This document shows positions 32,390 to 33,717 of a DNA stretch of 33,717 bases, piece after piece. Under the pieces are notes generated by a model, which ran no database searches, was not told where the DNA came from, and was given only the letters and a program-made list of their open reading frames with translations. The stretch spans positions 1-33,717 of the IMG/VR virus record IMGVR_UViG_3300012348_000004. One strand, written 5' to 3'. The number at the start of each line of letters is the position of its first letter. The first letter of the stretch is position 1. The DNA comes from a virus. Lineage: Duplodnaviria > Caudoviricetes. Both the position numbers and the translations under genes were made by a program.

Positions 32390-32975
32390 AGAACAACTGG
32401 AGAAGCTCCATATTGATCCAGTATGGGAAGGCGCTCTCAACACGACATTTGATCGGTTTGACATTTCTACACCGCTTCGTATGGCTGCTTTCATTGGTCA
32501 AGCAGGGCATGAAAGTGGCAACTTCAGAATGCTGGAAGAGAACTTAAATTATCGTGCCGAAACCTTGATGAAGGTCTGGCCTAAGCGTTTCCCAACATTA
32601 GAGTTTGCCAAACAATACGAAAAGAACCCTAAAAAAATAGCTAATTCTGTTTATGCAAACCGCATGGGCAACAGAGATGAGGCTTCTGGTGATGGATTTC
32701 GTTTCAAGGGAAGAGGACTTTTCCAGCTTACTGGTCATGCAGGGTATTTCCATGCAGGTCAAGCCTTGGGTGAAGACTTCGTGATGCAGCCTGAGTTAGT
32801 AGCTACTCCCATGTATGCGGCTCTCACAGCGGGATGGTTTTGGAACACCCATAAACTGAACCAATTTGCTGATAACAGAGATTGGAAGACGATGACTAAA
32901 AAGATAAATGGTGGTTTTATTGGCTTGGCAGACAGAGAAAAGCATATAAATCACGCACTTGCAGTACTTACTTAA
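32379..32975 (+). CDS. Endolysin, glycoside hydrolase family 19
   Basis: AAFIGQ..HES, EENLNY, F.GRGL.QLTG and TKKINGG..GL..R motifs. Confidence 0.9.
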   Translation: MVNKEQLEKLHIDPVWEGALNTTFDRFDISTPLRMAAFIGQAGHESGNFRMLEENLNYRAETLMKVWPKRFPTLEFAKQYEKNPKKIANSVYANRMGNRDEASGDGFRFKGRGLFQLTGHAGYFHAGQALGEDFVMQPELVATPMYAALTAGWFWNTHKLNQFADNRDWKTMTKKINGGFIGLADREKHINHALAVLT

Positions 32976-33010
32976 ATTATTTTGTCATAAAAGCACACTA
33001 AGGTTGTAGG

Positions 33011-33385
33011 ATGCCCAACATTCCCACGCCCCACGATGCCGAACTTTTTGCCCAAAGCATTAAGAAATGGCAACAAACTCTAAGTCTTGGAGACTGGAGA
33101 ATTGAGAGAGGATCGAAGCCAGCCAAGGGTGCTATGGCTTCTGTGGAGTTTAACGATACTGCTAGGTTAGCAACCTATCGTTTAGGGGATTTTGGCTCAG
33201 AGAAGATCACGCCAAAGTCTTTGGATCAGACTGCTTTACACGAGTTACTTCATGTGTTCTTGCATGACCTAATGACTGTAGCGCAAGACCCTAAATCTTC
33301 TACTGAAGAGGTAGAAATGCAAGAGCATAGGGTTATCAATTTGTTAGAAAACCTATTGACCAAGGATTCCAATGGGCGCACATAA
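33011..33385 (+). CDS. Small HEXXH metallopeptidase-like protein
   Basis: TALHELLHVFL with downstream Glu residues. Confidence 0.65.
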   Translation: MPNIPTPHDAELFAQSIKKWQQTLSLGDWRIERGSKPAKGAMASVEFNDTARLATYRLGDFGSEKITPKSLDQTALHELLHVFLHDLMTVAQDPKSSTEEVEMQEHRVINLLENLLTKDSNGRT

Positions 33386-33717
33386 CCAGACTTGCACAGA
33401 CGTTGAGTTTATCAAACTGTGGGGTGAACTTAAATCAGCAGCGAAAATTGCCGAACACCTTGATATTGCATTAAGAGCAGTTTATCAGCGTAGACGTTGG
33501 ATAGAGGAAACATACAAGATTAAGTTAGGTGCTGATGACCATAGGGGTGCTAAATACGACGCTAGCAGACCAAAATCCTATTCTCCTTTAAAGCAGATAA
33601 ACCTCGGCATAGAGGACGGAGTGGTCTTAGTGTTCTCTGATGCTCACTTCATACCTGGTCAACGTTCTACAGCCTTTAAAGGGCTTCTATGGGCTATCCA
33701 AGAGTTCAAGCCTAAAG
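33372..33717 (+). CDS. Calcineurin-like metallophosphoesterase with an N-terminal HTH-like segment, truncated by the window
   Basis: Open to the window end; SAAKIAEHLDIALRAVYQRRR then VLVFSDAHF (DxH motif I). Confidence 0.65.
   Translation, partial: MGAHNQTCTDVEFIKLWGELKSAAKIAEHLDIALRAVYQRRRWIEETYKIKLGADDHRGAKYDASRPKSYSPLKQINLGIEDGVVLVFSDAHFIPGQRSTAFKGLLWAIQEFKPK

Noticed and set aside
1-33717. Genome-wide amber recoding (TAG as a sense codon)
   Set aside because: All large genes are intact in the standard code; only one in-frame TAG was found and no suppressor tRNA is visible
1-33717. Prophage or lysogeny module
   Set aside because: No integrase, att-like junction, partition genes, clear CI repressor or host genes in the window; lifestyle cannot be settled without the remaining genome

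Overview
Nearly complete genome of a tailed dsDNA phage with podovirus-type morphogenesis genes (P22-like capsid, portal and nozzle, ejection proteins, no tape measure). The spanins indicate a Gram-negative host. Layout: (i) a leftward early arm, 1-3208 (MazG-like protein, glutaredoxin, SSB-like protein, Sak3-like annealing protein, two tandem structured RNAs ending in ACCA); (ii) a rightward replication/modification arm, 3332-9067 (DUF1376 initiator with an internal iteron origin, Mom-like GNAT, RusA, a PAPS-reductase-like gene with one in-frame TAG, Ref-like nuclease); (iii) a leftward cassette, 9170-10554, with repeated RNA hairpin leaders and a beta-clamp derivative reduced to its peptide-binding pocket; (iv) a non-coding region with a Fur-like box and a G-tract; (v) packaging, head, tail, ejection and lysis genes, 11190-32975; then a peptidase and a truncated metallophosphoesterase. 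No integrase, DNA polymerase, reverse transcriptase, CRISPR array or canonical tRNA was seen. All family calls come from motif recognition by eye, not database searches. Several short genes below the ORF-track cut-off were added by manual translation.
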